NCBI GenBank assembly: GCA_027490755.1
Contig: JAIXXL010000008.1
Span: 11,391 to 75,390 of the forward strand
Direction of reading: 5' to 3'
Length of the DNA stretch: 64,000 bases
From: Betaproteobacteria bacterium
Lineage (GTDB): Bacteria; Pseudomonadota; Gammaproteobacteria; Burkholderiales; UBA3065
In this document: in pieces, positions 8,904-21,384 of the stretch
Layout: every line of letters begins with the position of its first letter
How positions within the stretch are numbered: the stretch's first letter is position 1
Notes under the pieces: model-generated
Seen by the model: the letters and a program-made list of their open reading frames with translations, nothing else
What the model was told of the DNA's origin: nothing
Databases searched by the model: none
Made by a program: the position numbers and the translations under genes

Positions 8904-9287
8904 ATGCGTCACTATGAGATCGTGTTCATCGTGCATCCGGACCAGTCGGAACAGGTCCCGGGCATGATCGAACGCTACCGCGCCACCGTTGGTAACGGTG
9001 GTGGCCGGATCCACCGTCTGGAAGACTGGGGCCGCCGCCAGCTGGCCTACCCCATCCAGAAGATCCACAAGGCCCACTACGTGCTGATGAACATCGAGTG
9101 CCCCTCGAGCGTTCTCGCCGAGCTGGAAGACGCCTTCCGCTTCAACGATGCCGTGCTGCGTCACCTCACCATCCGTCAGGACAAGGCCCAGACCGAACCC
9201 TCGCCGATGATGAAGGAAGAGAAGTCGCGCAACGTCATCTCCGGCGCCGCCGAAGCCCCTGCTGCTGCCCCGGCCGAAGAAGCCTGA
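8904..9287 (+). CDS. rpsF: 30S ribosomal protein S6
   Basis: [26 protein letters not shown]... is preceded by AAGGAG. The listed ORF start at 8838 is an upstream extension. Confidence 0.95.
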   Translation: MRHYEIVFIVHPDQSEQVPGMIERYRATVGNGGGRIHRLEDWGRRQLAYPIQKIHKAHYVLMNIECPSSVLAELEDAFRFNDAVLRHLTIRQDKAQTEPSPMMKEEKSRNVISGAAEAPAAAPAEEA

Positions 9288-9317
9288 GCGCGCGCACACT
9301 TACAGGACACCTAGAAC

Positions 9318-9581
9318 ATGGCTCGCGATTTCAAGAAGAAGCGTGACGGCGGCGGCTCCAAGGCCCTCTTCCGTCGCAAGAAGTTCTGCCGTTTCACTGC
9401 CGAGAAGATCGAGCAGATCGACTACAAGGATGTCGAGCTGCTGAAGGACTTCATCACCGAGAACGGCAAGATCACCCCGGCCCGCATCTCTGGCACCCGC
9501 GCTTTCTACCAGCGCCAGCTGTCGGAAGCGATCAAGCGCGCGCGTTATCTGGCGCTGCTACCCTACACCGACCTGCACTGA
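9318..9581 (+). CDS. rpsR: 30S ribosomal protein S18
   Basis: ...[43 protein letters not shown]... is the canonical S18 sequence. Confidence 0.95.
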   Translation: MARDFKKKRDGGGSKALFRRKKFCRFTAEKIEQIDYKDVELLKDFITENGKITPARISGTRAFYQRQLSEAIKRARYLALLPYTDLH

Positions 9582-9593
9582 GGAGACAGCGAC

Positions 9594-10043
9594 ATGCAGA
9601 TCATCCTCATGGAGAAGGTCGTCAACCTGGGTCAGCTGGGTGACGTGGTCAAGGTCAAGGACGGCTACGCTCGTAATTTCCTGATCCCGCAGGGCAAGGC
9701 CAAGCGCGCCACGCAGAACAACATCGCCGCCTTCGAGGCGCGCCGTGCCGAGCTGGAGGCCGTCGAGGCCGCCCGCCTGGCCGCTGCGCAGGCTCAGGCC
9801 ACCGCGATGACCGACATGGTCGTCACGGTGAACCAGAAGGCTGGCGTGGACGGCAAGCTGTTCGGCTCGGTCACCAACGCCGACATCGCCGAGGCGCTGG
9901 CCACGGCCGGCCAGGCGGTGGAGAAGATGAACGTGCGCATGCCTGACGGTCCGCTGAAGACCCTGGGCGAGCACACCGTCACCGTCGCCCTGCACCAGGA
10001 CGTCGTGGTCGAGGTCAAGGTGGTGGTGGCCCCCGAGGCCTGA
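9594..10043 (+). CDS. rplI: 50S ribosomal protein L9
   Basis: [36 protein letters not shown]... is the canonical L9 N-terminus. Confidence 0.95.
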   Translation: MQIILMEKVVNLGQLGDVVKVKDGYARNFLIPQGKAKRATQNNIAAFEARRAELEAVEAARLAAAQAQATAMTDMVVTVNQKAGVDGKLFGSVTNADIAEALATAGQAVEKMNVRMPDGPLKTLGEHTVTVALHQDVVVEVKVVVAPEA

Positions 10044-10075
10044 TCGCCCTACCCTCTGCCGAGGTCTGGCAAATA

Positions 10076-10106
10076 CGAAAAAGCCCGACCATGTCGGGCT
10101 TTTTTG
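10076..10106. terminator. Bidirectional rho-independent terminator (rplI on +, vapC on -)
   Basis: aaaaa-gcccgac-atg-tcgggc-tttttt is a perfect palindromic stem flanked by an A-run and a T-run. Confidence 0.85.
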
Positions 10107-10109
10107 TTT

Positions 10110-10520
10110 TCAGGGCAACAGGTCGGCCAGACGCTCGACCACCCGTAAACCATCCACCTGCCGAAAATGGCTGTCGAGCGTCAGCAAGGCAGCACCATGC
10201 TCCAGAGCACTCGCAGCGATCCAGAGGTCGTTGGCAGGGATCGGTTGCCCCTTGCGCCGCAGACCGAGCCAGACCTGCGCATAGGCATCGGCGGTGTCGA
10301 CCGTGAGGTCGAGCATGCTCACCCGCGGCGAATCGAGGAACTGGGATAGCGCCTGCCGGTTGGCTGCCTCGCGTGAGCCTGCGGCAAAGCCGCCGATGAG
10401 TTCGCCGAGCACAACGGTGTTGAGGTGGATGCGTGGCGCGTGGCGCAGAACCTCCACCACATCGGCGTGGCCCGCCATGAAGGCAGCGTAAGCGCAGGTG
10501 TCTACAAGTACCGGGCGCAC
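10110..10520 (-). CDS. vapC: PIN-domain ribonuclease toxin VapC
   Basis: Four conserved acidic PIN positions are visible (VLVDTCAY, VLGELIGG, NDLWIAASA, LLTLDSHF). A GTG start at 10520 sits 1 nt after the antitoxin stop. The listed 188-aa ORF is over-extended into vapB. Confidence 0.8.
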   Translation of the reverse strand: MRPVLVDTCAYAAFMAGHADVVEVLRHAPRIHLNTVVLGELIGGFAAGSREAANRQALSQFLDSPRVSMLDLTVDTADAYAQVWLGLRRKGQPIPANDLWIAASALEHGAALLTLDSHFRQVDGLRVVERLADLLP

Positions 10521-10521
10521 G

Positions 10522-10809
10522 CTAGCGCCACTGGGCAGGATCGATGGTGGTGAAGCTCTGGGTATCTGCCGCGAACGCTTGCGCGTCCTCCGCGCTCCAA
10601 CTGCCCGCCAACGTATCAAGGTCATCGAAGGTCTGCAAGCGCCCAGCGCCGGGGGCTCGACCCAGTGCCTGGTCAAGCAACTTGACCACCAGACTGTTCA
10701 CGCTGGCGCCATCGCGTGAGGCACGCTGGCGCAAGGCACCCATGGTGCTGGCGGAGACACCGCGCACACTCAGATTGCCCGCGCCATCACTCTTGATATC
10801 GTTTTGCAT
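10522..10809 (-). CDS. vapB: Ribbon-helix-helix (FitA/Arc-like) antitoxin VapB
   Basis: The 95-aa ORF lies immediately upstream of vapC. It has the RHH pattern LSVRGVSASTMGALRQRASRDGASVNSLVVKLLDQAL. Confidence 0.7.
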   Translation of the reverse strand: MQNDIKSDGAGNLSVRGVSASTMGALRQRASRDGASVNSLVVKLLDQALGRAPGAGRLQTFDDLDTLAGSWSAEDAQAFAADTQSFTTIDPAQWR

Positions 10810-10911
10810 GCAGGAATGCTAGCGCGCTGCTTCGAGGTTGTCACCATCATCGCGCCGGGCTCTTCATCGCGCATCCGGCATCTGACTGAGTGATGGCCGG
10901 CGGGCGGCCCG

Positions 10912-13222
<2,311 letters not shown>

Positions 13223-13252
13223 GGCGAACGTCTCGGCGGGGTCGGTGCGCGC

Positions 13253-14122
13253 TCAGCGCCCCGACTTCTTCATGTACTTGAAGAAGTCGCTGGAGGGGTC
13301 CAGCACCAACATGTCGGAGCGGTCCTTGAAGCTGGAGCGGTAGGCCTCGAGGCTGCGGTAGAAGGCGTAGAACTCGCCGTCGGCGCCGTAGGCGCGGCCG
13401 TAGATCTCGGCGGCGCGGGCATCGCCCACACCCTTGATGCGCTGCGCCTCACGGTAGGCCTCGGCGAGGATGACCTCGCGCTGCTTGTCGGCGTCGGCAC
13501 GGATGCGCTCGCTCTCGGCGCCACCGGTCGACCGCAGCTCGTTGGCGACGCGCTTGCGCTCGGCCTCCATGCGGCGGAACACCGACTCGCTGACCTCGAC
13601 CGGCAGCTCGACGCGCTTGATGCGCACGTCGACCACCTCGACGCCGATCTTCTGCGCCTCGGCGTTGGCGGTGTCGCGCATGGCCAGCGTGATCTTGTCG
13701 CGCTCGCCCGACACCACGTCGCGCACTGTGCGGCTGCCGAACTCGTCACGCAGGCCAGAGTTGATGGTCTGCGCCAGACGGGTGGCGGCACGCGTCTCGT
13801 CGCCATTCACCGCAACATAGAACTGCTTGACGTCCTTGATGCGCCACTTGACGTAGCTGTCGACCAGCACGTTCTTCTTTTCCGAGGTGATGTAGCGCTC
13901 CGGCTCCGGCGTATCCAGCGTCAGGATGCGACGGTCGAAGAAACGCACGTTCTGCACCAGCGGCAGCTTGAAGTGCAGGCCCGGCTCCTCGACCGTGTTC
14001 ACCACCTCGCCAAGCTGGAAGACGATGGCGCTCTGGCGCTGGTCGACCGTGTAGACCGAACCGAGCAGCAGGACCAGCGCGAACAGGCCGGCGATCAGGG
14101 CACTGATGGCGTTGCGGGTCAT
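13253..14122 (-). CDS. hflC: Protease modulator HflC (SPFH/band 7)
   Basis: N-terminal TM segment followed by an SPFH domain (VDQRQSAIVFQLGEV...GVEVVDVRIKRVELP). It follows hflK with a 4-nt overlap. Confidence 0.9.
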   Translation of the reverse strand: MTRNAISALIAGLFALVLLLGSVYTVDQRQSAIVFQLGEVVNTVEEPGLHFKLPLVQNVRFFDRRILTLDTPEPERYITSEKKNVLVDSYVKWRIKDVKQFYVAVNGDETRAATRLAQTINSGLRDEFGSRTVRDVVSGERDKITLAMRDTANAEAQKIGVEVVDVRIKRVELPVEVSESVFRRMEAERKRVANELRSTGGAESERIRADADKQREVILAEAYREAQRIKGVGDARAAEIYGRAYGADGEFYAFYRSLEAYRSSFKDRSDMLVLDPSSDFFKYMKKSGR

Positions 14123-15324
14123 GGACGGGTCTCCCGGTCACGGTTGCGCAGGGCATCGCGCGAGCGGTCCTCGCCCATCTGCGCGCCGACACCCGAACGC
14201 GCAGCGGACGGTGCCTCGGCTGTGACGCGGCCCGGTTCGGCGACTGCAGTGTTGGCGTTGGCTTGGTTCGCGGCGGAGCTGGCCTCGATCAGCTTGTCGA
14301 GCGGCAGATACAACAGGTTGCTGCCGCCCTGCTTCTGGTCGACCAGGACCTTGGTGGTGCTGGCGTAGATCTGTTGCATGGTCTCCAGGTACAGCCGGTC
14401 ACGCGTGACGGCGGGTGCCTTGCGGTATTCGGCAAGCAGCGCCGAGAAGCGCGACGCGTCACCCTCTGATTTCGCGATGACCGAGTTCTGGTAGCCCTTG
14501 GCCTCCTCGACCAGGCGCGAGGCCAGACCGCGCGCACGCGGCACCACGTCGTTGGCGTAGGCCTCGCCCTCGTTCTTCTGGCGTTCGCGGTCCTGGCCGG
14601 CCTTGACGGCGTCGTCAAAGGCCGCCTGAACCTGCTCGGGCGGCTGCGCGCTCTGCATGGTGACGCGGCTGATCGAGACGCCGGTCTTGTAGCGGTCGAG
14701 GATCTGCTGCATCAGCGCCTGCGCATCGCGCGCGACCTGCTCGCGGCCCTCGTAGATGACGAGGTCCATCTTGGACTTGCCCACCACCTCACGGATGGCG
14801 GTCTCGGCAGCCTGCAGCACCGATTCTTCGGGGTTGCGGTTGCTGAACACGAAGTCTTCCGGGCTCTTGAGCACGTACTGTACGGCGAACTGCAGGTCGA
14901 CGATGTTCTCGTCGTCGGTGAGCATGAGCGATTCCTTGAGCACCTTGCTGCGCACGTTGCCGCGGTAGCCCAGTTCCAGCGTGCGCACCTGCGAGATGTT
15001 GACCACCTCGACCTGTTCTGCCGGATACGGCAGGTGCCAGCGCAGGCCCGGCGAAGTAGTCTCGGCGTACTTGCCGAAGCGGGTGACCACGCCACGCGCG
15101 CTCTCGTCGACGATGTAGAAGCCGGAGCCGATCCAGACGATGAAGAGGATGCCGGCGATGACCGCGATGCCGGCGCCACCGGGGCCGCTGCTGACGGGCG
15201 CGCCGCCACCCTTGCCGCCGAAAAGACGGTTGATGCGGTCGGTGATGCGTTTCAGAACCTCGTCGAGGTCTGGTGGGCCGTCGCCGTTGTTACGGCGCCC
15301 CCACTGCGGATCGTTCTGCGACAT
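14119..15324 (-). CDS. hflK: Protease modulator HflK (SPFH/band 7)
   Basis: [27 protein letters not shown]... followed by a TM segment and an SPFH domain. The true ATG is at 15324, and the listed start at 15468 is an extension. Confidence 0.9.
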   Translation of the reverse strand: MSQNDPQWGRRNNGDGPPDLDEVLKRITDRINRLFGGKGGGAPVSSGPGGAGIAVIAGILFIVWIGSGFYIVDESARGVVTRFGKYAETTSPGLRWHLPYPAEQVEVVNISQVRTLELGYRGNVRSKVLKESLMLTDDENIVDLQFAVQYVLKSPEDFVFSNRNPEESVLQAAETAIREVVGKSKMDLVIYEGREQVARDAQALMQQILDRYKTGVSISRVTMQSAQPPEQVQAAFDDAVKAGQDRERQKNEGEAYANDVVPRARGLASRLVEEAKGYQNSVIAKSEGDASRFSALLAEYRKAPAVTRDRLYLETMQQIYASTTKVLVDQKQGGSNLLYLPLDKLIEASSAANQANANTAVAEPGRVTAEAPSAARSGVGAQMGEDRSRDALRNRDRETRP

Positions 15325-16486
15325 CGGTGTCCTGGGATTGGGATGGTTGCTGCTGTGTGAACGGTTGCGGCCTGACAGGTTCCGCTGCGAAGGCGGCCAG
15401 CGCCTCGCGCAAGCCGGACACGCCATCCCCGGTGGCTGCGGACAGCCAGACGCGGCGGATGCTACCACACTCGCTCCACTCGTCCCTCTCGATGCGGGGC
15501 GGCTGGCCGAGCCGGTCGACCTTGTTCATGACCAGCCACTGCGGCACGTCGCCGGCGCCGATCTCGCGCAGAACCTGGTCCACCGCCTCGATCTGCTGGT
15601 CGCGGTCGGGGTGCGACGCGTCGACCACATGCAACAGCAGGTCGGCGTGGATGGTCTCTTCCAGCGTGGCGCGGAACGCGGCCACCAGCGTGGTGGGCAG
15701 GTGGCGAATGAAACCCACCGTGTCGGAAATGACCAGCTGCCGGCCCTCGCCCACGTGCAGCCGGCGCGACGTGGTGTCGAGCGTGGCGAACAGCTGGTCG
15801 GCGGCGTAGGCGCCGGCGCTGGTGAGGCGGTTGAACAGGGTCGACTTGCCGGCGTTGGTGTAGCCGACCAAGCTGACGTTGAGGCCGCCGGAGCGCGCCC
15901 GTGCCCGCCGCTGCGTGGTGCGCTGCGCCTGCACGCGCGTCAGCCGCGACTTCAGCAGCTTGACGCGGTGGCCGATGAGGCGGCGGTCGGTCTCCAGCTG
16001 GGTCTCGCCGGGGCCGCGCAGGCCGATACCCCCCTTCTGCCGCTCGAGGTGGGTCCAGCCGCGGATCAGGCGGGTGGAGAGGCGCTCCAGCTGCGCCAGC
16101 TCGACCTGCAGCTTGCCCTCGGCGCTGCGTGCGCGCTGGGCGAAGATGTCGAGGATGAGTCCGGTGCGGTCGATGACCGGCACGTTGAGTTCTTTTTCCA
16201 GGTTGCGCTGCTGCACCGCGCTGATGTCGTGGTTGACGACCACCAGTGTGGCATCAAGGCGCCGGGCGGCCTCGGCCACCTCGGCGGCCTTGCCCTGGCC
16301 CAGGAACAGCGCAGGGTCGGGCTCGCGGCGGCTGCCCTCGATGGCGTCGAGAACCTGCACGCCGGCGCCGCTGACCAGCAGACGCAGCTCCTCCAGGCTC
16401 TCGCGTGCCTCGGCACGGCCGAGGTCGAGGCTGACCAGGACGGCGCGGTCGGCCGGCTTGGCGGTGGTGGGCAGGCTGCCAGTCAG
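15290..16486 (-). CDS. hflX: GTPase HflX
   Basis: Near-identical blocks to E. coli HflX ([75 protein letters not shown]). The first canonical start (GTG 16360) cuts off conserved N-terminal residues. The frame stays open upstream to a CTG at 16484-16486 that overlaps the hfq stop. See findings. Confidence 0.85.
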   Translation of the reverse strand: MTGSLPTTAKPADRAVLVSLDLGRAEARESLEELRLLVSGAGVQVLDAIEGSRREPDPALFLGQGKAAEVAEAARRLDATLVVVNHDISAVQQRNLEKELNVPVIDRTGLILDIFAQRARSAEGKLQVELAQLERLSTRLIRGWTHLERQKGGIGLRGPGETQLETDRRLIGHRVKLLKSRLTRVQAQRTTQRRARARSGGLNVSLVGYTNAGKSTLFNRLTSAGAYAADQLFATLDTTSRRLHVGEGRQLVISDTVGFIRHLPTTLVAAFRATLEETIHADLLLHVVDASHPDRDQQIEAVDQVLREIGAGDVPQWLVMNKVDRLGQPPRIERDEWSECGSIRRVWLSAATGDGVSGLREALAAFAAEPVRPQPFTQQQPSQSQDTDVAERSAVGAP

Positions 16487-16722
16487 GAGGCGCTCTCTTC
16501 GCCCGCCGGGATGGACACAGCGCGGGCCGGGACCACGGTGGAGATGGCGTGCTTGTAGACCATCTGCGTCACCGTGTTGCGCAGCAGGACCACGTACTGG
16601 TCGAACGATTCGATGTTGCCCTGGAGCTTGATGCCGTTGACCAGGTAGATCGAGACCGGGATGTGTTCCTTGCGCAGCGTGTTGAGGAACGGATCCTGAA
16701 GCAATTGGCCCTTGCCGCTCAT
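16483..16722 (-). CDS. hfq: RNA chaperone Hfq
   Basis: [71 protein letters not shown] lies upstream. Confidence 0.95.
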   Translation of the reverse strand: MSGKGQLLQDPFLNTLRKEHIPVSIYLVNGIKLQGNIESFDQYVVLLRNTVTQMVYKHAISTVVPARAVSIPAGEESAS

Positions 16723-16822
16723 CCTTGTTTCTCCTTGGAATAATTATTTCGGTGAGTCTTTACGGGAACCGGCTTAAATTCCTTGTGCCACCCAACTTTA
16801 GCCGAAGCGGCCGGTGGCGTGT

Positions 16823-18157
16823 TCAACGGCGACGCGAAGGCTTGTCCGCGAAGGGGTTGTCGCCCTGGCGGAAGCTGACCCGCAGCGGCGTTCCCTGCAG
16901 CTTGAAGGCGTCGCGGAAGCAGTGCTCCAGGTAGCGCCGGTAGCTGTCCGGCATGCCCTCAACCGAGTTGCCGTGGACGACGATGATGGGCGGGTTGCTG
17001 CCGCCCTGGTGGGCGTAGCGCGGCTTGGGCCGGTTGAGGCCGCTGCGCGGCGGGGCCTGACGCGTCACCGCCTCCTGCAGCACGCGGGTCAGGCGCGGCG
17101 TGGGCAAGTGCGCCATGGCGGCGGCGTAGGTACCGCGGATGGCGGTCATCAGCGGGCCGATGCCGCTGCCCTTCAGCGCCGAGATGTGGCACATGCGGGC
17201 GAAGCCGAGGAAGTGCAGCTTGCGCTCGAAGTCGCGCGTGACCTGCTCGCGCTGCTCGGCGCGCAGGCCGTCCCACTTGTTCAGCGCCACCACCAGCGAG
17301 CGTCCGGCGTCCAGGATGAAGCCGGCCAGGTGCGCGTCCTGGTCGGAGATGTCCTGCTGCGCGTCGAGCACCAGCACCGCCACGTTGGCGTCCTCGATGG
17401 CCTGCAGCGTCTTGATCACCGAGAACTTCTCGACCACCTCGCTGACCTTGCCGCGGCGGCGGATGCCGGCGGTGTCGATCACGGTATAGGGCTTGCCGTC
17501 GCGCACGAAGTCGATGGCGATGCTGTCGCGCGTGGTGCCGGGCTGGTCGAAGGCGATGACGCGCTGCTCGCCGATGAGCTGGTTGACCAGCGTCGACTTG
17601 CCGACGTTGGGCCGGCCGATGATGGCGATGCGCGGATGGTCGGGGCGGGCCTCCGCACCCTCCAGTGCGTCGGCGGGGATGCTCAGGTCGACCAGCTCGG
17701 CCACACCGTCGCCGTGCGCCGACGAGACGGCCACCGGCTCGCCCAGGCCCAGTTCGTGGAACTCGGCGGTGATCACGGCGGCGCGCATGCCCTCGGCCTT
17801 GTTCACCACCAGCCAGACCTGGCGGCCGCTGCGGCGAAGCTCCTGGGCGATGACCTGGTCCTGCGCGTTGAGGCCCTCGCGGCCGTCGACGATGAACCAG
17901 ACCACGTCGGCCTCGACGATGGCCTGACGCGTCTGCGCCGCCATCTCGGCGTAGATGCCGGTCTCGGCGTCGGGCTCGAGGCCGCCGGTGTCGATGACGA
18001 TGAAGCTGCGCTCGCGCACGCGCGCCTTGCCGTAGTGGCGGTCGCGGGTGAGCCCGGGCAGGTCGGCGACCAGCGCGTCACGGCTGCGGGTGAGCCGGTT
18101 GAACAGGGTCGACTTGCCGACGTTGGGGCGGCCGACCAGGGCCAGTGTGGTCTTCAA
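16823..18157 (-). CDS. der: Ribosome-associated GTPase Der (EngA), two G domains
   Basis: Two [11 protein letters not shown]-loops ([18 protein letters not shown] and [18 protein letters not shown]), DTAG motifs, and a KH-like C-terminus. Confidence 0.95.
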   Translation of the reverse strand: MKTTLALVGRPNVGKSTLFNRLTRSRDALVADLPGLTRDRHYGKARVRERSFIVIDTGGLEPDAETGIYAEMAAQTRQAIVEADVVWFIVDGREGLNAQDQVIAQELRRSGRQVWLVVNKAEGMRAAVITAEFHELGLGEPVAVSSAHGDGVAELVDLSIPADALEGAEARPDHPRIAIIGRPNVGKSTLVNQLIGEQRVIAFDQPGTTRDSIAIDFVRDGKPYTVIDTAGIRRRGKVSEVVEKFSVIKTLQAIEDANVAVLVLDAQQDISDQDAHLAGFILDAGRSLVVALNKWDGLRAEQREQVTRDFERKLHFLGFARMCHISALKGSGIGPLMTAIRGTYAAAMAHLPTPRLTRVLQEAVTRQAPPRSGLNRPKPRYAHQGGSNPPIIVVHGNSVEGMPDSYRRYLEHCFRDAFKLQGTPLRVSFRQGDNPFADKPSRRR

Positions 18158-18164
18158 CGGGGCG

Positions 18165-19352
18165 TCACTTGGGTGCGTCGACGTCGAGCATGAGCAGGGT
18201 GCCGTCGCGGGTGGCCACCAGCACCCCAGCCGGGGTCTGCAGCGGCGTGAGCAGGATCTGCGAGTCGTCGGTGTCGAGCCGGCTGGCGAGGCCGCCGTTG
18301 GCGCGGTCGATCAGATGCACGTAGCCCTCGACGTCGCCGAACCAGACGTAGTCGCCGTAGGACAGCGGCCCGCTGGGGACGCGCCCCTTGAAAGCGTCCT
18401 GCGCCCAGCTGCTGGCACCGGTGGTGCGGTCGAGGCCGTGGATCACGCCCTTGCCGTCGGCCACGTAGGCGCGCTTGAAGTCGAAGCCCACGGCGGTGCT
18501 TGAGGGAATGTCGCGCGCCCACAGGGGCTGACCGCGTTCACGGTCGATGCACATGGTGCGACCCTGGAATGCGGTGACGCAGACGCGCTCGCCGTTGATC
18601 ACCGGCTCGCTGATGATGTCGGCGATGCGCTCAAGTTCGGTGCTGCCCTTGGGCGTGGCCACCGTGACCTCCCACAGCGCGGTGCCCTTTTCCAGGCTGA
18701 GCGCGGTGAACTTGCCGCCCGGCCAGCCAGCGTAGACTCGGTCGCGGTCGATGATCACGCCGGCCTGGCTGCGGATGGTCAGCGCCGGCAGCTGGCGCTG
18801 GTAGCTCCACTTGCGCTTGCCGGTCTCGCCGTCAAGGCCCTGAACGCGGCCGTCGGTGCTGCGGATGATGATGAGTCCGCCGGCGCCGCGCGGCGGCGCG
18901 AGGATCTCGCCGGAGACCTGGGCCTTGAAAGCCTGCTTGCCGTCCGGCTCGATGGCGATGAGTTCGCTGTCCTGGGTGACCACCAGCAGGCGGCGGCCGT
19001 CGCTGCCCACGCCCGCCGACAGCGGCGACTTGAGGTCGAGCGTCCAGCGTTCCTTGCCGGTGTCGAGGTCAAGACAGGTGACGCGGCCCTTGACGCTGGT
19101 GCCACAGACCAGCTTGTCCAGCAGCAGCGGGAACATGACGTAGTTGCCGGAGCTGCCGATGCCAGCCTTCCACACCGTCTTGACCGCCAGCTCTGCCCTG
19201 AACGGGGGCAGCTCGGGGATCTTGGTGGTGCTGCCGAACCAGCCGACCACCGTCTCCGGCACCGCCTTGAGCTGATCGGCGATGCCGCAACCGGCCAGCA
19301 CGCTGGCGGCCAGCGCACAGGCCGCAGCCAGGCGAAGGCGTCGCAGCATCAC
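18165..19352 (-). CDS. bamB: Outer-membrane protein assembly factor BamB (PQQ-like beta-propeller lipoprotein)
   Basis: Lipobox ([10 protein letters not shown]), repeated beta-propeller blades, and the conserved yfgM-bamB-der position. Confidence 0.85.
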   Translation of the reverse strand: MMLRRLRLAAACALAASVLAGCGIADQLKAVPETVVGWFGSTTKIPELPPFRAELAVKTVWKAGIGSSGNYVMFPLLLDKLVCGTSVKGRVTCLDLDTGKERWTLDLKSPLSAGVGSDGRRLLVVTQDSELIAIEPDGKQAFKAQVSGEILAPPRGAGGLIIIRSTDGRVQGLDGETGKRKWSYQRQLPALTIRSQAGVIIDRDRVYAGWPGGKFTALSLEKGTALWEVTVATPKGSTELERIADIISEPVINGERVCVTAFQGRTMCIDRERGQPLWARDIPSSTAVGFDFKRAYVADGKGVIHGLDRTTGASSWAQDAFKGRVPSGPLSYGDYVWFGDVEGYVHLIDRANGGLASRLDTDDSQILLTPLQTPAGVLVATRDGTLLMLDVDAPK

Positions 19353-19990
19353 TTGCCCTCGTCGCCCAACGCGTCGAGCTTGAGCTGCAGCCAGGCCTGG
19401 AAGGCGGTGTCCTTGGTGGCGGCTTCATAGGCGGTCTGCCAGGCCTTGCGCGCCTCGGCAGGCTTGCCCAGGCCCATGTAGATGTCGCCGCGGCGGTCGT
19501 CGAACAGGCGGCCGTACTGCGGCAGGTCGACCTTCTCCAGTACCTTGAGCGCCTCCTCGTGCTTGCGCTCGTCGAGCAGCAGCGCCGACAGGCGCAGCCG
19601 CGCCATGTCGCGCAGGGCCGGCTCGCCAGCGTCGGCGACCACCGAACGCAGGCGCTTCTCGGCATCCTCGAGCTTGCCGGCCTCGCTGTCGCGGCGGGCA
19701 GCCATCATCTGCGCGCGCGGCGTGTAGGCCGAACGCGGGTAGTCGGCGACCAGCTTGTCGGTGAGATCGCGCACCTTGATGGTGTCGCGGCCGTCGAAGG
19801 CTGCCTCGAGGTCGAAGTAGAGTGCGGCAGCGCCGTCGCGCTGCTTGTCCTGCCAGACCTTCCAGCCACCGGCGCCAGCAGCGCCGATCACCAGTGCGGC
19901 GATGCCCAGCTTGACCCACCGGCCGTACTGCTTCCACCACGCCTTGAGCTCGTCAAGGGTCTCCTGCTCTTCCAGATCGAATGCCGCCAT
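19349..19990 (-). CDS. yfgM: YfgM-family TPR-like membrane-anchored protein
   Basis: N-terminus MAAFDLEEQETLDELKAWWKQYGRWV plus a TM segment, then a helical TPR-like body. It has the conserved hisS-yfgM-bamB position and its stop overlaps the bamB start. Confidence 0.65.
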   Translation of the reverse strand: MAAFDLEEQETLDELKAWWKQYGRWVKLGIAALVIGAAGAGGWKVWQDKQRDGAAALYFDLEAAFDGRDTIKVRDLTDKLVADYPRSAYTPRAQMMAARRDSEAGKLEDAEKRLRSVVADAGEPALRDMARLRLSALLLDERKHEEALKVLEKVDLPQYGRLFDDRRGDIYMGLGKPAEARKAWQTAYEAATKDTAFQAWLQLKLDALGDEGK

Positions 19991-20078
19991 GGCGTAAGTC
20001 CTTGATGCTGCGTTTAGTTAAAGGGTCTGTCGGGGCCTTGCCAGCGCCCCGGGAGGGCAACCGCGGCGCGCGAGTCTC

Positions 20079-21383
20079 TCAGGATTGCCCGCCGTGCGCC
20101 AGAGGTGCCGCAGCAGAAGCCGCCGCGCGCAGATGCGCGGCAGCGTCCGCCGGCGCCAGCGACTGCTGCTCGCCGCCACCGCGCAGCGGCTTGACCGCCA
20201 CCACGCCGGCCGCCGCCTCGTCGTCGCCGATGATCAGCGCAAAACGCGCCCCGCTGGCGTCGGCCTTCTTCATCTGCGACTTGAAGCTGCCACCGCCGCA
20301 ATGCACGGTGACCCGCAGGCCGGCATCGCGCAGAAGCTCGGCCACCCGCGCCGCGAAGCCCTCGGCGGCGTCACCGACGCGCACCACATATGCATCAGAC
20401 GGCGCAGCGGCCAGCGTGGTTCCGCCCGCCTCCATCAGCGCCAGCAGGCGCTCCACGCCCATGGCGTAGCCGCAGGCCGGCGCCGGCTTGCCACCGATCT
20501 GCTCGACCAGACCGTCGTAGCGTCCACCGGCGCAGACCGTGCCCTGGGCGCCGAGCTGGTCGGTGATCCACTCGAACACGGTGTAGTTGTAGTAGTCCAG
20601 ACCGCGCACCAGGTTGGGGTTGACGGTGTAGTCGATGCCGGCTGCCTCCAGCCCCGCGCGGAAGGCAGCAAAGTGAGCGCGCGCGGCGTCGTCGAGGTCG
20701 TCCTCCAGCCGCGGGGCCCCGGCCACCACCTCGCGCACCTGCGGGTTCTTGCTGTCGAGCACGCGCAGCGGGTTGGTGTGCAGGCGGCGCTTGGCGTCGT
20801 CGTCGAGGCGGTCGATGTGCTGCTCGAGGTAGGCGATGAGTTTGGCGCGGTGCGCGGCGCGGGCCGCGCTGTCGCCCAGCGTGTTGATCTCGAGGCGGAT
20901 GCCGGTGAGGCCGAGGCGTTGCCAGAGGCGGCGCGTCATCACGATCATCTCGATGTCGATGTCGGGGCCGGCATAACCGAGCGCCTCGACGCCCACCTGA
21001 TGGAACTGCCGGTAGCGGCCCTTCTGCGGACGCTCGTGGCGGAACATCGGGCCCATGTACCAGAGCCGGCGCGGGCTGTCGTAGAGCAGGTTGTGCTGGA
21101 TGGCAGCGCGTACGCAGCTGGCGGTGCCCTCGGGCCGCAGGGTGAGTTGCTCGCCGTTGAGCGCGTCCTCGAAGGAGTACATCTCCTTCTCGACGATGTC
21201 GGTCACCTCGCCGATGGCGCGCTTGAACAGGGGCGTCGGCTCGACCAGAGGCATGCGGATGGGGCGGTAGCCGTAGCCGGCCAGCCAATCACGGATGACC
21301 GCCTCGAAGGCCTCCCAGCGTTCGGCCTCGTCGGGCAAAACGTCGTTCATGCCGCGCACGGCCTGCAGGGGGGTACGGCTCAT
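20079..21383 (-). CDS. hisS: Histidine--tRNA ligase
   Basis: Class II HisRS motifs ([45 protein letters not shown]). Confidence 0.95.
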   Translation of the reverse strand: MSRTPLQAVRGMNDVLPDEAERWEAFEAVIRDWLAGYGYRPIRMPLVEPTPLFKRAIGEVTDIVEKEMYSFEDALNGEQLTLRPEGTASCVRAAIQHNLLYDSPRRLWYMGPMFRHERPQKGRYRQFHQVGVEALGYAGPDIDIEMIVMTRRLWQRLGLTGIRLEINTLGDSAARAAHRAKLIAYLEQHIDRLDDDAKRRLHTNPLRVLDSKNPQVREVVAGAPRLEDDLDDAARAHFAAFRAGLEAAGIDYTVNPNLVRGLDYYNYTVFEWITDQLGAQGTVCAGGRYDGLVEQIGGKPAPACGYAMGVERLLALMEAGGTTLAAAPSDAYVVRVGDAAEGFAARVAELLRDAGLRVTVHCGGGSFKSQMKKADASGARFALIIGDDEAAAGVVAVKPLRGGGEQQSLAPADAAAHLRAAASAAAPLAHGGQS

Positions 21384-21384
21384 G

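Noticed and set aside
16745-16800. Sigma-54-like TGGCAC element upstream of hfq
   Set aside because: On the minus strand, TGGCAC-aagga-ATTTA lacks the -12 GC/TTGC element, so the match is incomplete.
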